In this document: positions 29,111 to 39,476 of the stretch, in pieces
Layout: each line of letters begins with the position of its first letter
Numbering within the stretch: position 1 is the stretch's first letter
From: Candidatus Latescibacterota bacterium
GTDB lineage: Bacteria; Latescibacterota; UBA2968; GCA-2709665
Assembly: GCA_965248435.1 (NCBI GenBank)
Contig: OZ252100.1
Span: 3,776,001-3,840,000 of the forward strand
Length of the DNA stretch: 64,000 nucleotides
Direction: 5' to 3'
The notes under the pieces: model-generated
What the model saw: the letters and a program-made list of their open reading frames with translations, nothing else
Databases searched by the model: none
Told to the model about the DNA's origin: nothing
Made by a program: the position numbers and the translations under genes

Positions 29111-30373
29111 GTGAGCTTCGAATCCAGAGTCCAGGAGATCGATTCCCTGATCGATCAACACAGGGAATTCAGAGAGAACAGCCTAAATCTTATCGCTTCC
29201 GAGAATCACCCCAGCGCGCTGGTGGATCGATTGGTTTCTCACGATCTGAATCACCGGTACGGAAACTATATAGGGATCGATCTGTTCCACCGGCACTACC
29301 AGGGAAATCGTTACATCGCCCAGATCGAGGCGCTGGCACACGATGTGGCCAAAGAACTTTTCGGGGCCGCATACGTGGACCTGCGCCCCCTGTCGGGGAA
29401 TCTGGCGGGTGTAGCGGCGACGTTCGCGCTCGCGAGACCGGGCGATACGGCCCTGGAAGTGCCCTTCGGACACAAGTACGCCCTGAAGCTGTCCGGGACC
29501 GCGCTCGAAGTCGACCTCAAGTCTATCCAGATTCCGTGGGACTGGGAGCGATTCAACGTCGATCTGGAGAAGACGGTTTCGCTCATCGAGCAGGAGCGGC
29601 CGAAGCTGGTGACGATCGGATCGGGGGTCTTTCTGTTTCCACATCCCGTGAGAGAGATCAGAGAGGCGATGGATAGATATGTCCCGGACTCCTACCTGAT
29701 CTTCGACGCGGCCCACGTGATCGGCCTGATCGCTGGAAAGCAGTTTCCGAACCCGCTCGAGGAGGGGGCGGATGTGGTCATCTCGAGCACGCACAAGACG
29801 CTGGCCGGACCCCAGGGGGGTCTGGTGATGACGAATGAGAAATCGCTCGCGGAGCAGATCGGTCCGGCGATCGCGCCGCTGCTGGAGAGCAATCACCACC
29901 TGGGACGGATCCCCTCACTCGCCGCCACCTTCCTGGAGTGGATCGAATTCGGGGAGGCCCACGCGAGCGCGGTGATCAGCAACGCGAAGGCACTGGGGGC
30001 CGCGCTGCACGAACGCGGCATTCCGCTTGTCGGAGAGGCACTGGGCTACACGGAGACGCATACGCTGCTCCTGATCGTGGAGGCGTTCGGGGAGGGCAAA
30101 GCGGTGGCGGACCGGCTGGAGGCGTGCAACATCATCGCGGGGGCGATGGCGCTTTCCGAGGAATTGGGGACACACGGATTGCGGATCGGTGTCCAGGAAC
30201 TGACGCGGACCGGGATGACGGAGGCGGATGTGCCGGAGATTGCGGACTGCATCGTAGACGCTTTGAAGGAAGTGGATCCCGAGCAGGTCAGAAGCCGGGT
30301 GCGCGACCTTGCGAACCGATTCAGACAGGTCCGATTCACATCGGAAGCTGAAGAGGGGGGGGAAGTGAGATGA
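29111..30373 (+). CDS. Serine hydroxymethyltransferase-like PLP enzyme (divergent)
   Basis: LNLIASEN, DAAHV, SSTHKTLAGPQGG; GTG start with GAGGAG RBS. Confidence 0.85.
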   Translation: MSFESRVQEIDSLIDQHREFRENSLNLIASENHPSALVDRLVSHDLNHRYGNYIGIDLFHRHYQGNRYIAQIEALAHDVAKELFGAAYVDLRPLSGNLAGVAATFALARPGDTALEVPFGHKYALKLSGTALEVDLKSIQIPWDWERFNVDLEKTVSLIEQERPKLVTIGSGVFLFPHPVREIREAMDRYVPDSYLIFDAAHVIGLIAGKQFPNPLEEGADVVISSTHKTLAGPQGGLVMTNEKSLAEQIGPAIAPLLESNHHLGRIPSLAATFLEWIEFGEAHASAVISNAKALGAALHERGIPLVGEALGYTETHTLLLIVEAFGEGKAVADRLEACNIIAGAMALSEELGTHGLRIGVQELTRTGMTEADVPEIADCIVDALKEVDPEQVRSRVRDLANRFRQVRFTSEAEEGGEVR

Positions 30374-31323
30374 AGATCGTCGTCACCGGCCACGTGAAGG
30401 GCAAGTTTCTGGGTGAGCTACGCGAGGAGTTCCCGGATATCGATTTCGTGCCTGCAGCCACGAAGGAAGAAGAGATCGAGCAAATCCGGGACGCGGAGGC
30501 CCTGTTTGGCGAGCTGTCGCGGGAGGCCTTCCTGGCAGGTGAAAGACTGAAGTGGGTCCAGATTCCTGGGACCGGGGTCGACCGGGTGACCGCCATCCCG
30601 GAGCTGGTCAAGAGCGACGTCGTGCTGACGAACGTGAGGGGTCCGCACGCGGACCCGATGGCCGATCACGTCTTTCTGTTCATGCTGACGCTCGCCCACC
30701 GTGGACGCGATCTCTGGGCCGATCAGGCCGCGCACTACTGGGACTGGAGGCAATATGACAACCAGTTCGTGGAGCTGAACCAGGCGACGATGGGCATCCT
30801 GGCCCTGGGAGACATAGGGAGGGCTGTAGCCCGTCGCGCACACGGGTTCGGGATGGAGGTCTATGCCGTCGATGCCCGACCGTCCGAGCCGCCGCCTGAG
30901 GTCAAGGAAGTGTGGGGCCTGGATCGGTTGAACGATCTGCTTGAGATTTCAGACTGGTTCGTCATCACTGCTCCGCTGACGCCGGAAACCCGCGGGCTGA
31001 TCGATCGCGAGAAGCTGGGAAAGCTGAAGGAGGGGGGGTACGTCATCGTGATCTCCCGTGGGGGAATTCTGGACGAGGCCGCGCTTATCGACGGACTGCG
31101 TTCGGGTCGGATTCGGGGAGCGGGGCTGGATGCGACGGCAGAAGAACCGATTCCCGAAGACAGCCCGCTTTGGGATACAGAGAACCTGCTCCTTACGGCG
31201 CACTGCTCTGCGGTGTCGGACAGGCTGTGGAGGGGGCGTGCCGATGGGATGAAAGAGAACCTGCGAAGGTATCTGGCGGGAGAGCCTTTCCTTTATGTTT
31301 GTGATAAGGAAGCCGGCTTTTGA
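30370..31323 (+). CDS. D-2-hydroxyacid dehydrogenase
   Basis: ALGDIG, APLTPETRGLI, ISRG, GAGLD..EEP, TAH. Confidence 0.9.
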   Translation: MKIVVTGHVKGKFLGELREEFPDIDFVPAATKEEEIEQIRDAEALFGELSREAFLAGERLKWVQIPGTGVDRVTAIPELVKSDVVLTNVRGPHADPMADHVFLFMLTLAHRGRDLWADQAAHYWDWRQYDNQFVELNQATMGILALGDIGRAVARRAHGFGMEVYAVDARPSEPPPEVKEVWGLDRLNDLLEISDWFVITAPLTPETRGLIDREKLGKLKEGGYVIVISRGGILDEAALIDGLRSGRIRGAGLDATAEEPIPEDSPLWDTENLLLTAHCSAVSDRLWRGRADGMKENLRRYLAGEPFLYVCDKEAGF

Positions 31324-31327
31324 ACAA

Positions 31328-31370
31328 CGGGTACCGGGAAACCAAAACACGGGTACCGGGTACCGTAAAA
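31328..31370 (+). repeat. Family A repeat
   Basis: cgggtaccgggaaaccaaaacacgggtaccgggtaccg, 4 nt after stop. Confidence 0.9.
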
Positions 31371-31431
31371 CGGCCATTCTCGCGGCGGAGTTTCGCGCAA
31401 TCAACTGTTTGAGTCCTATGGTGATGGCGAG

Positions 31432-32553
31432 ATGAAGATCGCGAAGATCGAAGCGATTGCGATCAACGTTCCCTACAAGATCCCTGTAGTGATCGCCACG
31501 GGGACGCTGGAGGTGCAGGAGAACGTCCTCGTGCGCGTCACGGCGGATGATGGAACGGTCGGGCTTGGCGAGACACAGCCGATCCCGTGCTTTCAGGGCT
31601 GCGGCGAGACGCAGGACACGATCCTGTCGCTGATCCGAAACGTTTACACGCCGCTGATCCTGGGGCGCAGTCCTTTCGACATCGAAAGGCTGAACCAGGT
31701 CATGGAGCGAGCGGTGAACGGGGGCAGCTATGCCCGGACCGCCGTGAGCGACGCCTTCTACGACCTGGTGGCCCGAGCACTTGACGTGCCGCTCTACGAC
31801 CTGCTGGGGGGGTGCTGCAGGGACAAGATTCCCAGCGTCTGGTCGATCGGGATGAAGCCGGCGGGAGAGATGGCGGATGAAGCCAGACGACAGGTCGATC
31901 GAGGTTACTTTCTTCTGAAGTGCAAGATCGGGGCGCCCGATGCCGAGACCGATGTCCGAAACGTGGCGGCCGTGAGGGAAGCCCTGGGTCCCGGTGTCGC
32001 GTTTCGCGTCGATGGCAACGCAGGGATGCAATACAGCGAAGCCCTCCCCAGACTGAAGCGCATGGTCGAGCCCTACGGCCTGGAGTTCGTGGAGCAGCCC
32101 CTCGCCATCTGGGATCTGGACGGTATGGCTCGTCTCTCGGAGGCGCTCTCGGTGCCGATTATGGCAGACGAGAGTGCGAACTCGATCCACGCGGTGATGG
32201 AGCTGGTAAAGCAGAAGGCCGCCTCCATTGTCGACATCAAGCTGGCGAAGATGGGCGGCATCTACACGGCTCGAAAGATCGCGGCGATCGCGGATGCAGC
32301 AGGCATCCCTCTGTATGCGGGAGGACAGCCTTCTACAAGCGTGGGTGCGGCGACGGCCGCTCACTTTTACGCCGCCACCTGGAATGTGATCGGTGGCGAT
32401 TTTGCACTGGGCCCGGACGGATGGCTTGGCGCAGACACTACCCGGGAGCCTCTGCGCGTCGAGGACGGTTTTGCCTGTGTGCCGACGGAAGGGCCCGGCA
32501 TCGGTGTCGAGCTGGACGAAGCCAAGGTTGAAAGTGTGTCAGTCCGAAAGTAG
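31432..32553 (+). CDS. Enolase superfamily, MLE subgroup (racemase/epimerase/cycloisomerase)
   Basis: KCKIG, RVDGN, VEQP, ADES, DIKLAK. Confidence 0.9.
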   Translation: MKIAKIEAIAINVPYKIPVVIATGTLEVQENVLVRVTADDGTVGLGETQPIPCFQGCGETQDTILSLIRNVYTPLILGRSPFDIERLNQVMERAVNGGSYARTAVSDAFYDLVARALDVPLYDLLGGCCRDKIPSVWSIGMKPAGEMADEARRQVDRGYFLLKCKIGAPDAETDVRNVAAVREALGPGVAFRVDGNAGMQYSEALPRLKRMVEPYGLEFVEQPLAIWDLDGMARLSEALSVPIMADESANSIHAVMELVKQKAASIVDIKLAKMGGIYTARKIAAIADAAGIPLYAGGQPSTSVGAATAAHFYAATWNVIGGDFALGPDGWLGADTTREPLRVEDGFACVPTEGPGIGVELDEAKVESVSVRK

Positions 32554-32578
32554 CTGACGTTACCGAAGGTGGGGCGTG

Positions 32579-33568
32579 ATGGCGGAAGATCGGGCATCCA
32601 GTTTGCACGAGGCCTTGATTATCATCGACGGATTGCAGGTCAGCCGATGGGGTGAACCGGTATTCCGTTCTCTCGTTCAGGGGGGGCTGACGGCGATCAA
32701 CGCGACGGTCGCGGTGCACGAAAATTTCCGGGAGACCGTGGAGAAGATCGAGGGATGGAACGAGATGTTCGAGGCCCACGGCTCCCTGATCATGCCGGTG
32801 AGGACCACGGACGACATCAGAGCGGCCAAGTCAGCGGGAAAGGTCGGTATCATCTTCGGCTTTCAGGATACCGCGCCGATCGAACACGACTCGCGTCTGC
32901 TCTCCACGTTCAAGGCGCTCGGCGTGCGCGTGATTCAGCTTACGTATATGGAGCGAAACTACGTGGGGGACGGGTGTCTGGAACGGACCGATGCCGGACT
33001 GAGCCGATTCGGTCTGGAGGTGATCGAAGAGATGAACCGGCTCGGCCTGCTGATCGATCTCTCTCACGTGGGTTATCAGACGACGATGGAGGCGATTGAG
33101 GCATCGTCCCAGCCGGTCGCTTTCACCCACGCCAATCCGCGCGCGCTGTGTGATCATCCCCGCAACAAGACGGATGAACAGCTCCTCGCCCTGGTCAAGA
33201 AGGGGGGAGTCGTCGGGGCCAACATCTTTCCCCCGTTCCTGGCGGCCGGGTCCAGGGCGGCTCTGGAGGACTTCGTTGACGTGATCGATTATCTGGTGAA
33301 GGTCGCAGGGATCGATCAGGTGTCGATCGGGACCGATTTCACGGAAGGTCAGCCGGAATCGTTCTTCGACTGGGTCCTGATCGGAAAGAGCCGCAAAGGC
33401 CCGATCGCAAAGGTCGATTTTCCGATCGTCAACCCCAAAGGCATTCGTTCATCGGCAGAATTTCCGAATGTTACGCGTGCCCTTCTCAAAAGGGGGTACT
33501 CGGAGCCCGATGTCCAGAAGATCATGGGAGAGAACATGCTGAGACTGTTTAAAACAGTGTGGACCTAA
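32579..33568 (+). CDS. Membrane dipeptidase (M19)-like amidohydrolase
   Basis: GVRVIQLTY, MNRLGLLIDLSH, THANP, HPRNK, IGTDF. Confidence 0.88.
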   Translation: MAEDRASSLHEALIIIDGLQVSRWGEPVFRSLVQGGLTAINATVAVHENFRETVEKIEGWNEMFEAHGSLIMPVRTTDDIRAAKSAGKVGIIFGFQDTAPIEHDSRLLSTFKALGVRVIQLTYMERNYVGDGCLERTDAGLSRFGLEVIEEMNRLGLLIDLSHVGYQTTMEAIEASSQPVAFTHANPRALCDHPRNKTDEQLLALVKKGGVVGANIFPPFLAAGSRAALEDFVDVIDYLVKVAGIDQVSIGTDFTEGQPESFFDWVLIGKSRKGPIAKVDFPIVNPKGIRSSAEFPNVTRALLKRGYSEPDVQKIMGENMLRLFKTVWT

Positions 33569-33637
33569 GGGCCGTGGATCGTTAATCGTCGTTCGTCGAT
33601 CTTAAAGCAAACACACATTGAAGGAGGATAGAGAGCG

Positions 33638-35251
33638 ATGCCTGAAGCGCCGAGACTGATGTACAACAACGATGGAAGCTTTCTGCTGCAGTGTGCACCG
33701 CCGATGAGCCCTGACGAATTCGTCTACGAGTCGGTGGGCCGCGTGATCGGTACGCAGGTGGGCCGGGTGATCGTGAACATGTTCGGGTTTGGCGACGCAA
33801 TGCCTTGGTACAAGACGGAGATCCCGGAGGCGAGGCCGCCCAGGAACAAGACCTATTCCAACCTCCAGGAATACCGTATCCAGGAGAACCTGCATCACAT
33901 CTGGTCCCTGGACGTGGATGTCTGGGAGATGGCCGTCCAGGCGGCGCACGACGCCGGGATGGAGTTCTGGCCTGGGACCCGCTTCAACGACCGCCACGGA
34001 GAACGATTCGCATGGCTGACCGAGTGGCGAGTGAGCCACCCCGAATACAACATCCCGAAGGACTGCACCGAGGGAAGCTACCGTGTTCCCGGGGGGCCTC
34101 GGGGCCTGAACTATGCGCTGCCGGAGGTCCGGGCCTGGAAGATCAAGCTGATGGAAGAGGTCTGCACGCGGTATGACGTGGACGGCTTCGAGCTGGACCT
34201 GATGCGTGAGCCGATGGTCAGTTTTACGGACATCGAAGAGGGGCGCGCCATCCTGACCGAGTTTCTGGCCGACTGCCGCGCGGCGCTGGACAGGGTTGGC
34301 GAAAAGCGTGGGCGACCGCTCGGTTTTGGGATCCGCACGGCGGCGACGCCAGAGGCCACGCAAGAAATGGGCCTGGACCTGGAGGCCGTCCTCGAGCAAC
34401 GGTCCGTGACCACCATCTCGCCTTCCGTCTACTGGGATACCTCGACCGACGCGCCTTACGATCGATTCGTGGAGATGGCACGCGGCAAGGACTGCCACGT
34501 CTACGCCTGCCCGTCAGAGCAGATCGGCCCCGGTCCGCAGTATGTGCCCGCATCGAAGGAGGCCCTGCGCGGTGCCGCATACAACGCCTGGCACCAGGGC
34601 GTGGATGGCATCTACATCTTCAATTTCAATCACAACCCGACGTGCAACGTGGATGCCGCCGAGCTTTTCGCTCAGCTCGGTCACACGGAGACGCTGCGCT
34701 ACCGTGACAAGCGGTATGCGGTTTCGGGGATCGAGGCGCTGATCGAGCACTACGACACCGGTATCGTCGAGCGAGGGCATATGGAATCCTACCACAGCTC
34801 GGGCAGCTACTACTCCAGCTTCGAGCATCAGCTCCCTGTCGCCCTGGAGGTGACGCCCACGGGACCGGGCCGGGTTATTGACCTGCTCGTGTATGATGAC
34901 CTGAAAACCGCTGCCGAGCGCGGGATGCTGAAGTCCGTGATCCTTGAGATCACCGTGGCCGGATCCACGAAGGACGACGAGTTCGAGTTCAAGCTGAACG
35001 GCCATCGGCTGCCCGACCCGGAGAGCCCCGAGTTTCACCTCTATTCGCAGTATCGAATGGGTCCGCGCTGGAACGGGATGCAGGGGAACTACGCGCTGCG
35101 ATACAACCTGCACAAGGGGGAGCTCCTCGAGCAGGGCGCGAATGAGGTGGAACTGATGCTTCGGAAACGGAATCCCTTGATTGACTGCGATTTCCTGATT
35201 CACGACATCTTTCTGGACGTGTCGTTCCACAATTTGACAATGCGTGGTTGA
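33638..35251 (+). CDS. GHL10-like TIM-barrel protein
   Basis: YNNDGS, YDVDGFELDL, GVDGIYIFNF. Confidence 0.75.
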   Translation: MPEAPRLMYNNDGSFLLQCAPPMSPDEFVYESVGRVIGTQVGRVIVNMFGFGDAMPWYKTEIPEARPPRNKTYSNLQEYRIQENLHHIWSLDVDVWEMAVQAAHDAGMEFWPGTRFNDRHGERFAWLTEWRVSHPEYNIPKDCTEGSYRVPGGPRGLNYALPEVRAWKIKLMEEVCTRYDVDGFELDLMREPMVSFTDIEEGRAILTEFLADCRAALDRVGEKRGRPLGFGIRTAATPEATQEMGLDLEAVLEQRSVTTISPSVYWDTSTDAPYDRFVEMARGKDCHVYACPSEQIGPGPQYVPASKEALRGAAYNAWHQGVDGIYIFNFNHNPTCNVDAAELFAQLGHTETLRYRDKRYAVSGIEALIEHYDTGIVERGHMESYHSSGSYYSSFEHQLPVALEVTPTGPGRVIDLLVYDDLKTAAERGMLKSVILEITVAGSTKDDEFEFKLNGHRLPDPESPEFHLYSQYRMGPRWNGMQGNYALRYNLHKGELLEQGANEVELMLRKRNPLIDCDFLIHDIFLDVSFHNLTMRG

Positions 35252-35256
35252 TACAG

Positions 35257-35399
35257 CCCTAACCCCCCCAGCCCCCTCCCTCGGCAAGCTCGGGACATGC
35301 TTCCCTAAAGGGAAGGGGGAACTGGATTTTTCTTGAGTAACAGTAAAAGAATCGCGTCGTTCTCCCCTCTCCTTTAGGAGAGGGGCCGGGGGAGAGGTC
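35257..35399. repeat. Double-hairpin element (CCCCCTTCCCTAAAGGGAAGGGGG + CCCCTCTCCTTTAGGAGAGGGG) with nested insert
   Basis: Homologues at 37126-37243 and 38920/39482. Confidence 0.85.
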
Positions 35400-35485
35400 T
35401 GATCGTACGCGGCGATCTTGCTGTCAGATCTGAAGCAGGAATTTCCATGAAACCCAACACACGCGTTAAAAGGAGAGAAAAGACG

Positions 35486-37099
35486 ATGCGTAAAGCGCCA
35501 AGATTGCTGTACAACAATGACGGAAGCTTTCTGCTTCAATCTGCGCCGCCGATGAGCCCTGACGAATTCGTTTACGAGACGGTCGGTCGGGAAATCGGTA
35601 CGCAGGTGGATCGAGTCATCGTCAACATGTTCGGATTGGGTGACGCGATGCCCTGGTACAAGACGGAGATCCCGGAGGCGAGGCCGCGCAGAAACAAGAC
35701 TTACACCAATCTTCAGGAATACCGGATCCAGGAGAACCTGCATCACCTCTGGTCCCTTGACGTAGACGTCTGGGATATGGCGGTACAGGCGGCACACGAC
35801 GCCGGGATGGAGTTCTGGCCGGGGACCCGCTTCAACGACCGCCACGGCGAGCGATTCGCCTGGTTGACGGAGTGGCGAGTGAACCATCCCGAATACAACA
35901 TCCCGAAGGACTGCACCGAGGGCCGATACAGCATTCCCGGGGGACCACGGGGCCTGAATTATGGACTGCCGGAGGTCCGGGCCTGGAAGATCAAGCTGAT
36001 GGAAGAGGCGTGCACGCGGTATGACGTGGACGGGTTCGAGCTGGACCTGATGCGGGAACCGATGGTCAGTTTTACGGACATCGAGGCGGGGCGTTCCATT
36101 CTGACCGAGTTTCTGGCCGACTGCCGCGCGGCGCTGGACCGGATTGGTGAGAAGCGAGGTCGGCCGCTCGGTTTTGGGATCCGCACGGCGGCGACGCCAG
36201 AGGCCACGCAAGAAATGGGCCTGGACCTGGAAGCGGTCCTCGAGCAGCGGTCCGTGACCTGCATCTCGCCCTCCGTCTACTGGGATACCGCGACAGACGC
36301 ACCCTACGATCGATTCGTGGAGATGGCCCGGGGCAAGGATTGCGAGGTCTACGCCTGTCCGTCAGAGCAGATCGGTCCCGGCCCGCAGTACGTGCCTGCG
36401 TCGAACGAGGCCCTGCGAGGTGCTGCGTACAACGCGTGGCACCAGGGTGTGGATGGGATCTACATCTTCAATTTCAATCACAACCCGACGTGCAACGTGG
36501 ACGCCGCCGAGCTCTTCGCTCAGCTCGGTCACACGGAGACACTGCGCTACCGGGACAAGCGGTATGCGGTTACGGGAAACACGGAGATGATCAAGAGGTA
36601 CGACACCGGTGTCGTCGAGCGAGGCTACATGGAATCCTACCACAAGTCGGGTGCCTACTACTCCAGCTTTGAACATCAGCTCCCGGTCTCGCTCGATGAG
36701 ACGCCCACGGGACCCGGAAAGATCATTGACCTGCTGGTTTATGAAGACTTGAAGACCGCTGCCGATCGAGGGATGCTGAAGTCGGTGGTCCTGGAAATCA
36801 CGGTGGCAGGATCCACGAAGGATGACGCGTTCGAGTTCAAGCTGAACGGAAATCGGCTGCCCGACCCGGAGAGCCCCGAGTTTCACCTCTATTCGCAGTA
36901 CCCGATGGGCCCGCGGTGGAACGGGATGCAGGGGAACTACGCGCTGCGATACAATCTGCACAAGGGGGAGCTCCTGAAGCAGGGCGCAAACGAGGTGGAG
37001 CTGATCCTTCGGAAGCGGAATCCGATGATTGACTGCGATTTCCTGATTCACGACATCTTTCTGGATGTGTCGTTTCACAATCTGACGATGCGCGGGTAG
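35486..37099 (+). CDS. GHL10-like TIM-barrel protein, close paralogue of 33638
   Basis: Near-identical protein; RBS AAGGAG. Confidence 0.75.
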   Translation: MRKAPRLLYNNDGSFLLQSAPPMSPDEFVYETVGREIGTQVDRVIVNMFGLGDAMPWYKTEIPEARPRRNKTYTNLQEYRIQENLHHLWSLDVDVWDMAVQAAHDAGMEFWPGTRFNDRHGERFAWLTEWRVNHPEYNIPKDCTEGRYSIPGGPRGLNYGLPEVRAWKIKLMEEACTRYDVDGFELDLMREPMVSFTDIEAGRSILTEFLADCRAALDRIGEKRGRPLGFGIRTAATPEATQEMGLDLEAVLEQRSVTCISPSVYWDTATDAPYDRFVEMARGKDCEVYACPSEQIGPGPQYVPASNEALRGAAYNAWHQGVDGIYIFNFNHNPTCNVDAAELFAQLGHTETLRYRDKRYAVTGNTEMIKRYDTGVVERGYMESYHKSGAYYSSFEHQLPVSLDETPTGPGKIIDLLVYEDLKTAADRGMLKSVVLEITVAGSTKDDAFEFKLNGNRLPDPESPEFHLYSQYPMGPRWNGMQGNYALRYNLHKGELLKQGANEVELILRKRNPMIDCDFLIHDIFLDVSFHNLTMRG

Positions 37100-37125
37100 C
37101 CGTATCTCGTATCTCGAAAAAATCG

Positions 37126-37243
37126 GACCTAACCCCCTAGCCCCCTTCCCTAAAGGGAAGGGGGAATGGATTCTACTCCAGCATCAGAAAAAAGATCTCT
37201 TCTTCTCCCCTCTCCTTTAGGAGAGGGGCCGGGGGAGAGGTCC
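37126..37243. repeat. Double-hairpin element, uninterrupted copy
   Basis: gacctaaccccctagcccccttccctaaagggaaggggg ... cccctctcctttaggagaggggccgggggagaggtc. Confidence 0.85.
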
Positions 37244-37259
37244 GAAGAGGAGAAGAACC

Positions 37260-38882
37260 ATGCCTAAAACCCCACGACTCCTGTACAACAATGACGGTAG
37301 CTTCATGTTTCAGAGCGCGCCCCCGATCAGCCCGGAAGAGTTCGTGTATGAGACCGTGGGGCGCGTGATCGGGACGCAGGTGGATCGGGCGATCTGCAAC
37401 ATGTTTGGCTATGGCGATTCGGTACCTTTCTATCCGACCGAAATCCCGGGCGCCAGGGGTCCCAAGAACGAGACCTACACATCGGGGCAGACCTATCGGC
37501 ATCAGGAGAACCTGCATCACATCTGGTCTCTGGATGTGGATGTCTGGGCGCTGGCGGTCCAGGCGGCGCACGACGCGGGGATGGAGTACTGGGCGGGGAC
37601 CCGTTTCAACGACCGTCACGGAGAGGCCTACGCCTGGCTGAGCGAATGGCGGACGAGCCACCCCGAGTATAACATCTCAGATGATTGTACCGCAGGCGCT
37701 TACGGACGTCAGGGTGGGGACAGGGGGTCGAGGGCGCTGAACTATGCGCTTCCGGAGGTCCGGGCCTGGAAGATGGGGCTGATGGAGGAAGTCTGCACGC
37801 GGTATGACGTGGATGGGTTCGAGCTGGACCTGATGCGGGCCCCGCTCGTCAGCTTTCCGGACATCGAGGAAGGGCGCGAGATCCTGACGGAGTTTCTGGA
37901 AGACTGCCGCAGTGCTCTGGACCGGGTCGGCGAGAAGCGGGGTCGGCCGCTGGGGTTCGGCGTTCGCATCCCAGGAACGCCGGAGATGACACACGAGATG
38001 GGTATGGACCTGGAGAAGGTGTTGGAGAATGGGTCGTTGACGTATATCGCTCCTTCCGCCACGTGGGATACCGCGACGGACCTGCCCTACGATCGTTTCC
38101 TGGAGATGGCGAAGGGCAAGGACTGCTGCGTCTACGCCTGTGTATCCGAGAACGTCGGTCCGGGGACGCAGTACTATCCCGCGTATGTGCCCGCGCTCCG
38201 GGCCGCAGCGACGAACGCGTGGAATCAGGACGTGGATGGAATCTATATCTTCAATTACAACCACTGCCCGACGACAAACATCGATCAATCCGAGATCTTC
38301 AGCCAGCTCGGTCATCTCGAGACCCTTCGATACAGGAGCAAGCGATACGCTGTGGCTCCAATCGCTCACGTTGTCGAGGTCTATGACACGGGCGTTATCC
38401 GACCGGGGTTTTCCGAGGAGGCGCACGGCCCAGGGGCTATGTATTCTAGCTTCAAACATCAGCTTCCGGTGACGCTGAGAGATCAGCCGACCGGGGCAGG
38501 GGAGGTGATCAACCTGCTCGTCTACGACGACCTGAAGACGGCCGTCGAGCGGGGGATGCTGAAGTCGGTGATCCTGGAGATCACGGTTGCCGGATTCTCG
38601 AAGGGTGACGTCTTCGAATTCAAAGTGAACGGAGAAGCGCTGCCGTATCCAGAGAGCCCGGAGTTCCACCTCTACGGGAGATATCGGATGGGGCCACGCT
38701 GGAATGGAATGCAGGGCAACTATGCGCTGCGCTTCAACCTGCGGTCTGGGGATATGTTCCAGTGGGGATGGAATGAGATCGAACTGACGTTGCGAAAGCG
38801 CAATCCGAAACTGCTCTACGATTTTGTGGTGCACGACATGTTCCTGGATGTGGAGTATCACAATTTGACGATGAGAGGATAA
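37260..38882 (+). CDS. GHL10-like TIM-barrel protein, third tandem copy
   Basis: Same motifs; ends NLTMRG. Confidence 0.75.
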   Translation: MPKTPRLLYNNDGSFMFQSAPPISPEEFVYETVGRVIGTQVDRAICNMFGYGDSVPFYPTEIPGARGPKNETYTSGQTYRHQENLHHIWSLDVDVWALAVQAAHDAGMEYWAGTRFNDRHGEAYAWLSEWRTSHPEYNISDDCTAGAYGRQGGDRGSRALNYALPEVRAWKMGLMEEVCTRYDVDGFELDLMRAPLVSFPDIEEGREILTEFLEDCRSALDRVGEKRGRPLGFGVRIPGTPEMTHEMGMDLEKVLENGSLTYIAPSATWDTATDLPYDRFLEMAKGKDCCVYACVSENVGPGTQYYPAYVPALRAAATNAWNQDVDGIYIFNYNHCPTTNIDQSEIFSQLGHLETLRYRSKRYAVAPIAHVVEVYDTGVIRPGFSEEAHGPGAMYSSFKHQLPVTLRDQPTGAGEVINLLVYDDLKTAVERGMLKSVILEITVAGFSKGDVFEFKVNGEALPYPESPEFHLYGRYRMGPRWNGMQGNYALRFNLRSGDMFQWGWNEIELTLRKRNPKLLYDFVVHDMFLDVEYHNLTMRG

Positions 38883-38938
38883 GAAGAACGTATCTCGTAT
38901 CTCGTGAAGGGTATCTCGGACCTAGCCCCCTTCCCTAA

Positions 38939-39324
38939 GGCTCTTCACCGAATCTAGGGGACGGCAAGAGGAAAAAGTGGCTATCTCTCGTTGCTCCCTA
39001 ATCTGTTCGCCCCACCCCAAAACCCCATGCCTCCGGCGGCCTACTTTTCTTGTTCGCCCAAGAAAAGTTGGACAAAAGAAGGGCTCCCCTCAGGCGCCGG
39101 GGAGGCTTCGGCCGCGGCACCTCACCCTCAGTGGAAAGGACGGTGGCGGCAATCAGGGCGGGACTCCTGCCCCGCTTGACGTCCACTATGGGACCGGCGC
39201 AGAGGGCCTAACCGCGTGGGAGGTGAAAGAACGAGGTTGCATGGGAGTCGCACACCGCGGCCCGGATGGCATTCAGCGGTGCAATAGAGCTCATTAGCTT
39301 GACCCCAACATTTGGCGAAGAACC
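38939..39324 (-). mobile_element. ISL3-ended MITE (386 bp)
   Basis: Ends ggctcttcaccgaatctagggg / ccccaacatttggcgaagaacc; interior homologous to 11555-11913. Confidence 0.85.
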
Positions 39325-39329
39325 TTACA

Positions 39330-39476
39330 GGCTCTTCACCGAATCTAGGGGAGGGCAAGAGGAGAAAGTGGCTATCTCTCGTTGCTCCCTAATCTGTTCG
39401 CCCCACCCCAGAACCCCATGCCTCCGGCGGCCTACTTTTCTTGTGTCGCCACAAGAAAAGTAGACAAAAAAAGGGC
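39330..39476 (-). mobile_element. Partial tandem second MITE copy
   Basis: Near-duplicate of 38939-39085, 5 nt (ttaca) after the first copy. Confidence 0.8.

Noticed and set aside
29111-30373. Gene symbol glyA
   Set aside because: Folate-binding motifs diverge, so orthology is unsupported
34514-36211. Long minus-strand ORFs (also 2844-4385, 44894-46492, 54907-56841)
   Set aside because: Antisense shadows of well-supported GC-rich genes, with no recognisable motifs
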